The position numbers were made by a program, and so were the translations under genes. The notes under the pieces are model-generated. The model did no database searches and was not told where the DNA came from. It worked only from the letters and a program-made list of their open reading frames with translations. From Candidatus Latescibacterota bacterium (GTDB lineage: Bacteria; Latescibacterota; UBA2968; UBA8231), in contig OZ242005.1 of assembly GCA_965204725.1 (NCBI GenBank), positions 4,096,001 through 4,160,000 on the forward strand: a stretch of 64,000 nucleotides of DNA. Reading direction: 5' to 3'. Below, piece after piece: positions 1-8,655 of this stretch (position 1 is its first letter; every line of letters starts with the position of its first letter).

Positions 1-286
1 CGGCACGGGCGGTCGAGTACTCGGCGTAGCGACCAGTATCGGTGATAAACGAGGTGATTTTGACCACGTCGTCCATGGTCGCACCGGCCTCGGCGAGCAC
101 GGCGCGGATGTTGGCAAAGACTTGGCGCGACTGGGCGGTCATATCGCCTTCGCCGACGAGATTCCCTTGCGGGTCGAGCGGCCCTTGGCCGGAGACATAG
201 ACCGTATCGCCGACCTGCACGGCTTGCGAGATGCGGAATTTCTCGGCCCAAGGCCAAGGGGGGTTGTGTGCTTTGCGTTGAGTCAT
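1..286 (-). CDS. RidA/YjgF/UK114 family protein (3' end cut by window edge)
   Basis: Manual translation from ATG at 286 behind an AGGAGG RBS: MTQRKAHNPPWPWAEKFRISQAVQVGDTVYVSGQGPLDPQGNLVGEGDMTAQSRQVFANIRAVLAEAGATMDDVVKIT; typical Rid motifs; not in the ORF track. Confidence 0.9.
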   Translation of the reverse strand, partial: MTQRKAHNPPWPWAEKFRISQAVQVGDTVYVSGQGPLDPQGNLVGEGDMTAQSRQVFANIRAVLAEAGATMDDVVKITSFITDTGRYAEYSTARA

Positions 287-294
287 CTTTCCTC

Positions 295-1413
295 CTATTG
301 CCAGAGCGGCTCGCCATCCTCCAGCGAACTTTGCAAAAACGCCTCGTTTAACTCCACCCCTAGCCCCGGCTTTTCGCTCAGCACCACGTGTCCCTCCTGA
401 ATCACCGGCTCGTCGGCGAGGACCACCTCGCCCCACGTGGGGTCGTCGTAGCGGTGGAACTCCAAGGCGAGAAAATTGGGCACGCTGGCGCAGACGTGGG
501 CGTCGGCCACAGTGCTCAAGGCGCTGGAATTGTTGTGCGGGGCAAAGGGGATGTAATAGGTCTCGGCCATGTTGGCGATCTTGCGGCACTCGGATAGGCC
601 GCCGCACTTGGAAATGTCGGGCATGATAATATCGACCGCTTGCTGCTCGAGCATGTCGCGGAAGCCGTAGCGCAAATAGGCATTCTCGCCCGCGCAAATC
701 GGGGTGCGGGTCGAGTCGGTGATGCGCTTGAGGGCGTCGATGTTCTCGGGCGGGACCGGCTCTTCGAGCCACATCAGATTCAGGCCCTCAAGCGCGTGGG
801 CGAACTTCATGCCAGCGGTGGCATCGTAGCGACCGTGCAGGTCAATGGCCAAGTCCATAGCGGGGCCAACCGCCTCGCGGATCTGGTGGGCTTGGTCGAC
901 CAGGTCGTCTAACTCGGCCGGGGCGACCGACCAGTTCCAAGCATCGAGCTTTTCGGGGTGGCCCGCGTCGTCGAGGTCGAACTTAATCGCGTTGAAGCCT
1001 TTGGCCCGCACGTCCTCGGCGCGCCTTTTGTAATCCGAATGGGCACTATCGACGTAGAGGCGCACCCGGTCGCGGAATTTGCCGCCCAAGAGCCGATAGA
1101 CGGGGATGCCTTGGGCTTTACCGGCCAAATCCCACAGCGCGACCTCAAGGCCGGTCAGCGCTGAAATCGCCAAGCCCGACATGCCGCCGCGAAAGATGTA
1201 GCTGCGGCGGATGCCTTCAAAGAGCGCATCAACATCGCGGGGGTCCTTGCCGATGAGCTGGGCGGCCATGGATTGGGTGGAGCCGCGCCAGCCGCCATCC
1301 ACGTGGCTGGCCTCGCCCGTGCCGTAGAGGCCCTCATCCGTGTGGATGCGGACGTAGTGGTAGAGATACCCGGGTACGCGCACTTGAGCGGTTTTGACCT
1401 CTGTGATCTTCAA
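295..1413 (-). CDS. Mandelate racemase/muconate lactonizing enzyme family acid-sugar dehydratase (DgoD-like)
   Basis: KxD (KFD), DLHG, WLEEP, AGEN, PHN and C-terminal PGLGVELN motifs of the enolase superfamily. Confidence 0.9.
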   Translation of the reverse strand: MKITEVKTAQVRVPGYLYHYVRIHTDEGLYGTGEASHVDGGWRGSTQSMAAQLIGKDPRDVDALFEGIRRSYIFRGGMSGLAISALTGLEVALWDLAGKAQGIPVYRLLGGKFRDRVRLYVDSAHSDYKRRAEDVRAKGFNAIKFDLDDAGHPEKLDAWNWSVAPAELDDLVDQAHQIREAVGPAMDLAIDLHGRYDATAGMKFAHALEGLNLMWLEEPVPPENIDALKRITDSTRTPICAGENAYLRYGFRDMLEQQAVDIIMPDISKCGGLSECRKIANMAETYYIPFAPHNNSSALSTVADAHVCASVPNFLALEFHRYDDPTWGEVVLADEPVIQEGHVVLSEKPGLGVELNEAFLQSSLEDGEPLWQ

Positions 1414-1428
1414 GGGAGTCCCTTTCTT

Positions 1429-2106
1429 CTATAGGTGTAGTTGGCCGATTGCGTGCGTGGCCGCGTCGCAGTACCAGAGCACGCCCTCGTGGATGGTCAG
1501 CCCGTGGACTTCGGTGGGGGCCTCGACGCGGATGACCTCCCAGATGCGGCCGTCTCGGGGGTCGAGGCGGTTGATGGTGCCGGCCGAGGTGTCGGCGACC
1601 CAAAGGGTGCCGTCGTCGGCCCACGCTAGGCCGTGGACCCGGAGGCCGGGGACGCGGAAGGAATGGACTTCTTCCCAAGTGCTGGCATCCATCACGTGGA
1701 CGAATTGCGAAGGCGGCGAGGCCACGTACACCTGGCCGTCCTTCCACTCTAAGCCGTGGGCCCCGGTGACGCGGCCACTCTGCTGGTCGGCGACCCAAGC
1801 GACGACGCCATTACCGGGCGAATCGAGCTTGGCGATGGTTTGGCCGGTAGTCGGGTCGAGGCGGGCGATTTTAAGCTCAAAGGTCGAGGCGACCCACAGC
1901 GAGCCGCCGCCGAGCGTAATGCCGCTGGAGTGCTCGGTGTCGGTCTGGGCGGCAAAAAGGGTCTCGCCGCTTTCGTAGTCGAATTTATAGACCTTGAGGT
2001 CAACTTGGTCGATACACCAGAGGCCGTCGGGCGCGGCTTGCAGGCCATTGGGCTGGGGACCGGGGCATTTGAAACGCTCTTCAACGCGGGCGACTTGGAT
2101 GGTCAT
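1429..2106 (-). CDS. Beta-propeller protein (Vgb/SMP-30/glutaminyl cyclase-like)
   Basis: Repeated blades PNGL..LW, SGITLGGGSLW, HGLEW, HGLAW..LW, HGLT..LW. Confidence 0.7.
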   Translation of the reverse strand: MTIQVARVEERFKCPGPQPNGLQAAPDGLWCIDQVDLKVYKFDYESGETLFAAQTDTEHSSGITLGGGSLWVASTFELKIARLDPTTGQTIAKLDSPGNGVVAWVADQQSGRVTGAHGLEWKDGQVYVASPPSQFVHVMDASTWEEVHSFRVPGLRVHGLAWADDGTLWVADTSAGTINRLDPRDGRIWEVIRVEAPTEVHGLTIHEGVLWYCDAATHAIGQLHL

Positions 2107-2134
2107 GGTATGCTTTCTTTGCTAGGGGTTGGGA

Positions 2135-2914
2135 TTAGGCCGACCGGCCCATGAGGTAGTTCCAGTTTTGACGGCGGATGGCTCGCTCCTTGTAGTGGTC
2201 GCTCTGGGAGACGCCGAGCGGGTTGGTGAAGTTGAGGATGTTGGTGACGTCCTCGGCCCGGTCGCGCTCGTTCCAGTTGGTGGGCTGGTTGGCCGCGGCT
2301 GGATCGTGGTTCCAAGTGGGGGCGGTGTTGTCCCGCGTACGGCGGAAGAGGAACTTGATCATGTGGCGCTTGTGCGGCGAGCGGTTGGCAGCCGTGCCGT
2401 GCCACAGGTCGTAGTGCGTAAAGGCCACGGTCCCGGCCTTGACCACGAGCGGCACTTGGCCGCGGATGTTGGTGTACGTGGCCATGCGGTCCGTCGGCGC
2501 GTTGCGGAACTGGGTGCCGGGGACGATGATGGTCGGCCCCATGTCGGGCGTGACGTCGGTCGGGTAGTACAGCCCCAAGAAGCGGTTGAGCAGTACATCG
2601 CGGTTGTTGAGGCCGTCTTGGTGCCAGCTCATGTGCGAGGCGTTTGGCTGCTTGCAATGCCAGTGGCGATGCGGCTGCACCTCGTAGTCTGGGCCGAGCA
2701 GGCTGACGAGGGCGCCGGTGACGGCCGGATGGTCGAGCACCTGCCAGAGTTGGGGCACGGCTTCGGTGATGGCGTCGCCGGGGTTGTGGTCTAACGCGTC
2801 GAGCTGGTCGGCGATAGACTCGTTGAGCCCGGCGGGCAACTCCGGCTCAACGAGATGGTAGCCGGAGACGAGGAAACGAGCCACTTCGGCGTCGCTGAGC
2901 AAATGCTTATCCAT
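2135..2914 (-). CDS. Phytanoyl-CoA dioxygenase (PhyH) family Fe(II)/2OG enzyme
   Basis: WHQD, GPTIIVPGTQ, AGTV...LWHG motifs; ATG at 2914 overlaps the upstream gene end. Confidence 0.85.
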   Translation of the reverse strand: MDKHLLSDAEVARFLVSGYHLVEPELPAGLNESIADQLDALDHNPGDAITEAVPQLWQVLDHPAVTGALVSLLGPDYEVQPHRHWHCKQPNASHMSWHQDGLNNRDVLLNRFLGLYYPTDVTPDMGPTIIVPGTQFRNAPTDRMATYTNIRGQVPLVVKAGTVAFTHYDLWHGTAANRSPHKRHMIKFLFRRTRDNTAPTWNHDPAAANQPTNWNERDRAEDVTNILNFTNPLGVSQSDHYKERAIRRQNWNYLMGRSA

Positions 2915-3191
2915 CGGCGATACCCTCCATTTTCTGTAGGATGAACTCATAGCCTATCACGTCCAACTCCCGGTCGTCGAACGGGGCCTGTAGGTGCGGG
3001 AATTGGACGATTTGCCAGCCGTCAACTACGGCGTCGTGTACGGTTTGGTAGGGCCAATCGGGTGCTGACTCAGCGCGGATCTCGGGCACAAAGCCCGCGA
3101 CCGGCTCGATGAGCGTTAGGCCGATGATGGGGGACATGACGCTGGGGGTGCGCGCCTGCAAGTAGAGCAGGCGTTGGCGGGGTGCGTCCAT
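2907..3191 (-). CDS. Small hypothetical protein
   Basis: 94-aa ORF overlapping the PhyH start, with protein-like composition (WPYQTVHDAVVDGWQIVQFP, GYEFILQK). Confidence 0.65.
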   Translation of the reverse strand: MDAPRQRLLYLQARTPSVMSPIIGLTLIEPVAGFVPEIRAESAPDWPYQTVHDAVVDGWQIVQFPHLQAPFDDRELDVIGYEFILQKMEGIADG

Positions 3192-3325
3192 TGGGTTGAA
3201 TCGCTCCTGCAATGCGGGGTGTACAGCGCAGCGTTTAATATAGAAAGGCGGTGCGGCGCGGCCAATGACGCCTCTTGATAGCGGCGGCTGTCTTTCGTAG
3301 CTTGCCCCGCTGAGGAGACGGAAAA

Positions 3326-4297
3326 ATGCAATACAACACCCTAGGTCGCACGGGCGTCAAAGTGTCTTCCCTGTGCTACGGCACCATGGCCTTTGGCGGC
3401 GATGCGGACGAGGCGACCTCCGGGCAGATGTACCGCTACTGCCGTGCGTTGGGGATCAATTTCTTCGACACGGCTAACATCTATTCCAACGGGCGTTCCG
3501 AGGAGATCTTGGGCCGGTTGATCCAAGGCGAGCGCGACGAGTTGGTCATCACCTCAAAAGTCTGCGGTCCGATGGGGGATGACCCCAACGACCGGGGCTT
3601 GTCGCGGCGGCACATTGTGCAGGCCATCGAGGCCAGTCTCAGGCGGTTGCAGACGGACCGCCTCGACCTCTATTTCGTCCATAATTTCGACGAAGACACG
3701 CCGATGGAAGAGACCCTCGCCGCGCTCGACGACTTGGTGCGCCACGGCAAAATCCTCTATCCGGCCGTGAGCAACTGGGCCGCTTGGCAAATGGCCCAAG
3801 CCCTCGGCCATTGTGCCCGCGCAGGGCTAGCACCTTTTGCGTGTATTCAGCCCATGTACAACTTGGCCAAGCGGCAAGTGGAGGTAGAGATTTTGCCGCT
3901 GGCCCGTTCCGAAGGCTTGGGCGTGATTACCTATAGCCCCTTGGGCGGCGGCTTGCTGACCGGCAAGTACGGGATTGACAAGCGGCCAGCGCGGGGGCGT
4001 CTCTTGCAGCAGGACAACTACATCAAGCGCTATGCCAACCCCGTGTTCTACGAAATCGCCGAGCGCTTTGTGCGCTATGCCGGCGACCAAGGCGTCCATC
4101 CGGCGACCTTGGCCATCGCTTGGGTTATGGGGCATCGAGACGTGACCGCGCCGATTGTCGGCGGGCGCGACCTAGACCAACTCAAGCCATCGCTCGCCGC
4201 GCTCGACTTCGCCATGTCTGCCGAAATGCGCGATGAGGTGTCGGCACTCTCGATTGCGCCACCGCCCGCTACTGACCGCGACGAGGTCCAGTCTTAA
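3326..4297 (+). CDS. Aldo/keto reductase
   Basis: LGRTGVKVSSLCYGTM, FFDTANIYS, SLRRLQTDRLDLY, YSPLGGGLLTGKY. Confidence 0.93.
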   Translation: MQYNTLGRTGVKVSSLCYGTMAFGGDADEATSGQMYRYCRALGINFFDTANIYSNGRSEEILGRLIQGERDELVITSKVCGPMGDDPNDRGLSRRHIVQAIEASLRRLQTDRLDLYFVHNFDEDTPMEETLAALDDLVRHGKILYPAVSNWAAWQMAQALGHCARAGLAPFACIQPMYNLAKRQVEVEILPLARSEGLGVITYSPLGGGLLTGKYGIDKRPARGRLLQQDNYIKRYANPVFYEIAERFVRYAGDQGVHPATLAIAWVMGHRDVTAPIVGGRDLDQLKPSLAALDFAMSAEMRDEVSALSIAPPPATDRDEVQS

Positions 4298-4314
4298 CGG
4301 AAGGAAAAGGAACC

Positions 4315-5103
4315 ATGAGACCCAACAAGCTGCGCGAAAAACTCAACGCCGGTGAGCCGACGCTCGCCACCCACATCCACACCACTTGGCCATCGATCGT
4401 TGAGGCCCTAGGGCATACCGGCGCGTACGATTACGTGGAATTTGTCGCCGAGTACGCCCCCTTTGACCTGCACGACTTGGACAACCTCGCCCGAGCCGCC
4501 GAGCTATGGGATTTGGGAACGATGATCAAGGTCGATGCCGAAAACCGCGCTTACGTGGCCCAACGGGCCATCGGGTCGGGCTTTGGCAGCGTCCTCTTTG
4601 CCGACGTACGCGATCCAGACGACGCACGGGCCTGTGTGCGTTGCGTGCGCGCCGACGCGCCCGGGGATGAAGGCACTTATGGGGTCGCCATGCGGCGCTT
4701 CGCCTATATGAGCTATGGCGGCACCCCGGAGTACGTCCAAGCGCTGCGCGACGTGGTCGTAGTTCTGATGATCGAAAAGGAGAGTGCCGTCGCCGACTTG
4801 GAGGCCATGCTCGCGGTGGAAGGGGTCGAGATGGTCCAGTGGGGAGGAGCTGATTACTCCATGAGCGTCGGCAAGGCCGGCCAGCGCGGCGCACCGGAAA
4901 TTGCCGCTGCCGAAGAAAAGGTCTTTAAGACGGCCTTGGAAATGGGCGTCCATCCCCGCGCCGAGATCAACTCAGCCGACGACGCCAAGCGCTATCTCGA
5001 CATGGGGGTCCGGCACTTCTGCGTCGGCACGGATATATCGGTGCTGTATGGGTATTGGCGTGAGCAGGGCGAGGCGATGCGGCGGGCGTTGGAGGGGGAG
5101 TAG
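4315..5103 (+). CDS. HpcH/HpaI aldolase family protein
   Basis: EFVAEY, VVLMIEK, WGGADYSMS motifs. Confidence 0.85.
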   Translation: MRPNKLREKLNAGEPTLATHIHTTWPSIVEALGHTGAYDYVEFVAEYAPFDLHDLDNLARAAELWDLGTMIKVDAENRAYVAQRAIGSGFGSVLFADVRDPDDARACVRCVRADAPGDEGTYGVAMRRFAYMSYGGTPEYVQALRDVVVVLMIEKESAVADLEAMLAVEGVEMVQWGGADYSMSVGKAGQRGAPEIAAAEEKVFKTALEMGVHPRAEINSADDAKRYLDMGVRHFCVGTDISVLYGYWREQGEAMRRALEGE

Positions 5104-5105
5104 CC

Positions 5106-5197
5106 TCACCCCCGCCACACCCTCGTCCGCAGCCCTTCAATCCCTTCGCTCAAGGCGCGGCGGTAGAGCCACAAGTCGCCGCCATAAGCTATGCAGC
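5106..5197 (-). repeat. 92-bp direct repeat copy A: displaced duplicate of the 3' end of the 5977-6759 aldolase gene
   Basis: Matches 5977-6068 at 89/92 positions; all three differences are synonymous in the aldolase frame. Confidence 0.95.
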
Positions 5198-5246
5198 CCG
5201 GTCAAATGTCTCGATTTCTCGGCTCTAAAATTCCTTCCGTTGTCAT

Positions 5247-5654
5247 TTAGCTTTGTCCTGAGTCGTCGGTATCGCGCTCAGTTCGTCGGTACTCGCCTCT
5301 AGTCTCCGGCAGACGCCAAGTACTCTGTGCAACATCTCGCATGACTACCAGTAAACCGGGCCATTGCGCGTCGTCAAATTGCCGTAACGCCTGCATAATG
5401 AGTTGGTGAATTTTGTGGCGGTTCGGTCGTCGCAGGCGTATGATGAGTATCCCGTGATGCGCCACTGTTCTATAGCACGTGAACCCTTTGTCCGTCGTAA
5501 TCAACAGGCGCTCTTCCCGCTGTGCTATCTCCCACAAGGCATCATCTTTCATCCCTTCATCTGGGGTACCACGAATATCGCGGACATCATACCCCATTAT
5601 ATGCAAGGCTTGGACCGTCATGAGGGGGATGTGCTCATCGACCAAGACCTTCAT
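5247..5654 (-). CDS. DUF5615 PIN-like toxin (VapC45-like)
   Basis: MKVLVDEHIP, DDALWEIAQREERLLITTDKGF, HHGILIIR; ATGA overlap with the DUF433 gene. Confidence 0.85.
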   Translation of the reverse strand: MKVLVDEHIPLMTVQALHIMGYDVRDIRGTPDEGMKDDALWEIAQREERLLITTDKGFTCYRTVAHHGILIIRLRRPNRHKIHQLIMQALRQFDDAQWPGLLVVMRDVAQSTWRLPETRGEYRRTERDTDDSGQS

Positions 5655-5887
5655 ACCTCACCCGAGAGCACCTCAAGAGGAGCTATATGCTCTTCAGCCA
5701 GTGAGGCTCCATAGTCGAAGCAAGCGAGGACATCTTCCCATGTTAGAGAAGGATATTCTTGAAGTAGGTCTTCGATGGTATCCCCGTTGGCGAGCATCCG
5801 AAGGATTTGATGCACGGGAAGGCGCGTCCCCTTGATGCAAGCCTGGCCGTGATATACTTGAGGATCAATAGTAATTCGGTTGTCCAT
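5651..5887 (-). CDS. DUF433 antitoxin (VapB45-like)
   Basis: RITIDPQVYHGQACIKGTRLPV...LANGDTIEDLLQEYPSLTWEDV signature; start at ATG 5887. Confidence 0.9.
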   Translation of the reverse strand: MDNRITIDPQVYHGQACIKGTRLPVHQILRMLANGDTIEDLLQEYPSLTWEDVLACFDYGASLAEEHIAPLEVLSGEV

Positions 5888-5976
5888 ACTCTCACTTCCT
5901 GATTTGTGTTGCGTTGACTTAACCCAAACGGATGGCCTATCTGTGGTACGCCCCGGTAAAGAGCGATCTATTGTGA

Positions 5977-6068
5977 TCACCCCCGCCACACCCTCGTCCG
6001 CAGCCCTTCAATCCCCTCGCTCAAGGCGCGGCGATAGAGCCACAAGTCGCCGCCATAGGCTATGCAGC
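5977..6068 (-). repeat. 92-bp direct repeat copy B (in-gene 3' end of the aldolase)
   Basis: Partner of 5106-5197. Confidence 0.95.
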
Positions 6069-6759
6069 GAAAGCCGCGGCGCAGCATCTCCGTTCCCTCC
6101 TCAATGGTATTGACCAAATAGCCCGCGGCCTTGCCGTGGCGCTCGCAAGCAGCGATGACGCGCTCAAGGGCGGCGGTGAACTCGGGGTGGTCAAACTGCC
6201 CGGAAATCCCCAAGAAGTTGCTTAGGTCAAAGCCCCCAATCCACAGCACATCAATCTCTTCTATAGCGGCAATGCGCTCTACGTTTTCGAGCCCGGGGCG
6301 GTTTTCAATCTGAGCGATCAGCAGGCCCTCGGCGTTGGCGTGGTCAATTTTGCCAACGATGGAGCCTTGGGCGAAGTGGTCGTGAGCAATCTGAAAGGCC
6401 GCGCCGCGCTGGCCTAGGGGCGGGTACTTGCCCGACTGCACGATGACCTCGGCCTGCTGGGCGTCGCTAACCATCGGCACCATGACCCCTCGCGCCCCCA
6501 CATCGAGGACGCGGGCGATGAAGTGATATTGGGTCGCCGGCACTCGCACAAAAGGCTCGATGTGGTCGGAGTTGGTGGTGGCAATCAGGTCGCGCACCGT
6601 CTCGACGCTCCAGCCGGTGTGCTCCATGTCGTACATAATGAATTCAGCACCAGCCTCGGCAGAGAGCCGGGCAATGCCCGAAGTACAAAACTCAAGGGTC
6701 ATGGTGCCAATGACAGTGCCGCCCTCTTTGAGGGTGCGCTTGACTTTGTTGGGTTTCAT
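5977..6759 (-). CDS. HpcH/HpaI aldolase family protein (GarL-like)
   Basis: YDMEHT, VRVP, LDVGARGVMVPMV, YPPLGQRG, QIEN, WIGGFDLS; ATGA overlap with the upstream dehydrogenase. Confidence 0.9.
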   Translation of the reverse strand: MKPNKVKRTLKEGGTVIGTMTLEFCTSGIARLSAEAGAEFIMYDMEHTGWSVETVRDLIATTNSDHIEPFVRVPATQYHFIARVLDVGARGVMVPMVSDAQQAEVIVQSGKYPPLGQRGAAFQIAHDHFAQGSIVGKIDHANAEGLLIAQIENRPGLENVERIAAIEEIDVLWIGGFDLSNFLGISGQFDHPEFTAALERVIAACERHGKAAGYLVNTIEEGTEMLRRGFRCIAYGGDLWLYRRALSEGIEGLRTRVWRG

Positions 6760-7799
6760 CCGATAGCTCGATAGCGGTTCAGTTTTTCTTTGAGACGGGG
6801 ATGCTCGGCCACTTGGGGATTGACCGGGTATTCGGGCAAGCGACCAGAGGCGACCGCTAGGATGCTGCGGCAGGCACTGCGGCCAATGAGGCGGAAACAC
6901 TCATCGGTCCAACAAAGCCCGTGCGGAGCGACGATGGTCTGATCGGTGAGGGCCAGCACAGGATCGTCTTGGGATACAGGCTCTGTTTCAAAGACATCGA
7001 GGCCAGCCCCGGCGATCTGTCCCCGTTGGAGGGCGCGAGTGAGGGCCTGCTGATCGACGATGGGGCCGCGGGCTGCGTTGATGAGGTAAGCACTTTCCTT
7101 CATCAGCGAGAGCGCACGCTCGTCAATGAGGTGATGGGTCTCCTCAGTAAGGGCGCAGCAGATACAGACATAATCGGCGCGTTGCAGCAACGAGTCGAGC
7201 TCAACCGGTTCGGCCCCAGCGGCGCGTGCTTGTACCGCATCAACGAAAGGGTCAGCGGCAATGCAGCGAATGCCGAAGGGCTTGGCTAAGGTGCAGATCT
7301 CGCGGCCGATATTGCCTAGGCCGACCAGCCCCAGCGTGCGGTCGGTGACGCCCATGCCCATGTAGTCAAGCCGCTCGTTCCAGCGGCCCTCGCGCACCAA
7401 GCGATCCTTGGCCAGCATCCTGTGACTGAGGGCCAACAGGTACGTCAGAGCCATGACAGCCACAGGCCGGCGCACACCGTCGGGAGTAATCGTCAACAGC
7501 ACACCCCGCTCGTTGCAGGCCGCGACGTCGACGCTGTCGTAGCCAACGCCGAAGCGGGCGACGATCGCCAGCTTGTCTGCTCCCTGCAAGGTCTGGGCAC
7601 TGATTGTCGAGGTGAGGACCAGCAAGCCATCGTAGCTGCGGATCTGGTCGGGGCGCAACTCGGTGGTGTTTTCCGCTAGAAACTCCCACTCGACCTTGGG
7701 GGATTCGTCGAGCAGGTCGAGACCAATGTCGCCAAAGCCGAGGGTGCCGTCGGCCTTGAGAAAGTCGCGGGTGACGCCTATGCGAAAGGTTGCAGCCAT
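6756..7799 (-). CDS. D-isomer-specific 2-hydroxyacid dehydrogenase
   Basis: RFGVGYD, GLVGLGNIG, LINAARGPIVD, GLDVFETEP, APHG. Confidence 0.92.
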   Translation of the reverse strand: MAATFRIGVTRDFLKADGTLGFGDIGLDLLDESPKVEWEFLAENTTELRPDQIRSYDGLLVLTSTISAQTLQGADKLAIVARFGVGYDSVDVAACNERGVLLTITPDGVRRPVAVMALTYLLALSHRMLAKDRLVREGRWNERLDYMGMGVTDRTLGLVGLGNIGREICTLAKPFGIRCIAADPFVDAVQARAAGAEPVELDSLLQRADYVCICCALTEETHHLIDERALSLMKESAYLINAARGPIVDQQALTRALQRGQIAGAGLDVFETEPVSQDDPVLALTDQTIVAPHGLCWTDECFRLIGRSACRSILAVASGRLPEYPVNPQVAEHPRLKEKLNRYRAIG

Positions 7800-7931
7800 G
7801 GCGACAAACAAGATAGGGTCTGACGGGCAGCTATCAAGGGGGGAGTCGGCTGTATAGGAAAGGGATCACCTTGTCTGCCATTAGATACAGAAAGAGGCAA
7901 TAAGACAGCGATCCCTTCAGAGAAAAAGGGG

Positions 7932-7947
7932 TGGCTCGCATTTTGCT
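7932..7947 (+). promoter_or_regulatory. Possible sigma54 (-24/-12) promoter
   Basis: TGGCTCGCATTTTGCT fits GG-N10-GC, 50 bp upstream of the 7997 ORF. Confidence 0.35.
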
Positions 7948-7996
7948 TATCTATTCCTGTTGCCTACTTTAACCCTAATCAAGGAGCAATACCGGG

Positions 7997-8419
7997 ATGA
8001 CCCCTGAAACATCTGAGATCACCACCCGCGACGTATTACAGCAGATCAACCGCCGCTTGGAGTTGATTGAAAGCGATGTGCGAGCCGTCAGCGAGAAGCA
8101 GGATGCGTCGGTTCAGACGCTGCACTATAAGAATGCCGCGTCCGTGCAGACGCTTCGAGAGGAAAATACCGTGTCCCATCGGAGCCTGCACGAGAAAATC
8201 GACACGTCCTTTCAGCTCCTCCGAGAGGAAAGGGCCGCGTCCTATCGGAGCCTGCACGAGAAAATCGACGCGGTAGAGCGCAATATGCTCAACAAGTACG
8301 ACGCGACTATGCGCGACTTACACGACAAGCTCGATACCTATTTCCGCTGGACCATCGGCATCGTCCTAGCTAGCTGGCTATCCACCATGGGCGCGATCCT
8401 GTTCAAAGGATTCCTGTAG
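7997..8419 (+). CDS. Small coiled-coil repeat protein with C-terminal membrane anchor (DUF1640/Bdr-like architecture)
   Basis: AAGGAG RBS; 11-aa periodic repeats; C-terminal hydrophobic helix WTIGIVLASWLSTMGAILF. Confidence 0.75.
   Translation: MTPETSEITTRDVLQQINRRLELIESDVRAVSEKQDASVQTLHYKNAASVQTLREENTVSHRSLHEKIDTSFQLLREERAASYRSLHEKIDAVERNMLNKYDATMRDLHDKLDTYFRWTIGIVLASWLSTMGAILFKGFL
8096..8326 (+). repeat. About seven degenerate 33-bp (11-aa) coding tandem repeats
   Basis: ATCGGAGCCTGCACGAGAAAATCGAC recurs 66 bp apart; units KQDASVQTLHY, KNAASVQTLRE, ENTVSHRSLHE, KIDTSFQLLRE, ERAASYRSLHE. Confidence 0.85.
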
Positions 8420-8511
8420 CCCATCCTTCTTCCCAGTTCCTGCCATCGCCTGAAGTCTTCGGCCTTCACGCCGCCTCGCTAGTCGGGCCGCCGCCCCTCG
8501 CGCTTTATCTG

Positions 8512-8637
8512 TTAAGGGCCGATGCGCTCTAAAGCCACGGCCGCGTTGGCCCGGGCGTAGCAATCCTCGTCGTCGAGGGCGCGGGTGAGCTGGGGCACGG
8601 TGTCGGACGCTATGGTGCCCAAAAAACCAGCTTTTTC
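8512..8637 (-). pseudogene. Orphan C-terminal HEAT (PBS-lyase-type) repeat remnant
   Basis: Translates LGTIASDTVPQLTRALDDEDCYARANAAVALERIGP*; in-frame stop upstream, no credible start. Confidence 0.65.
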
Positions 8638-8655
8638 TCAGACAAAGGAGGGATT

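Noticed and set aside
5106-6068. IS or prophage att-site interpretation
   Set aside because: No transposase, integrase or terminal inverted repeats, and 92 bp with synonymous divergence is unlike a target-site duplication
8096-8326. Repeats as a CRISPR array
   Set aside because: In-frame 33-bp coding repeats without unique spacers; no cas genes in the window
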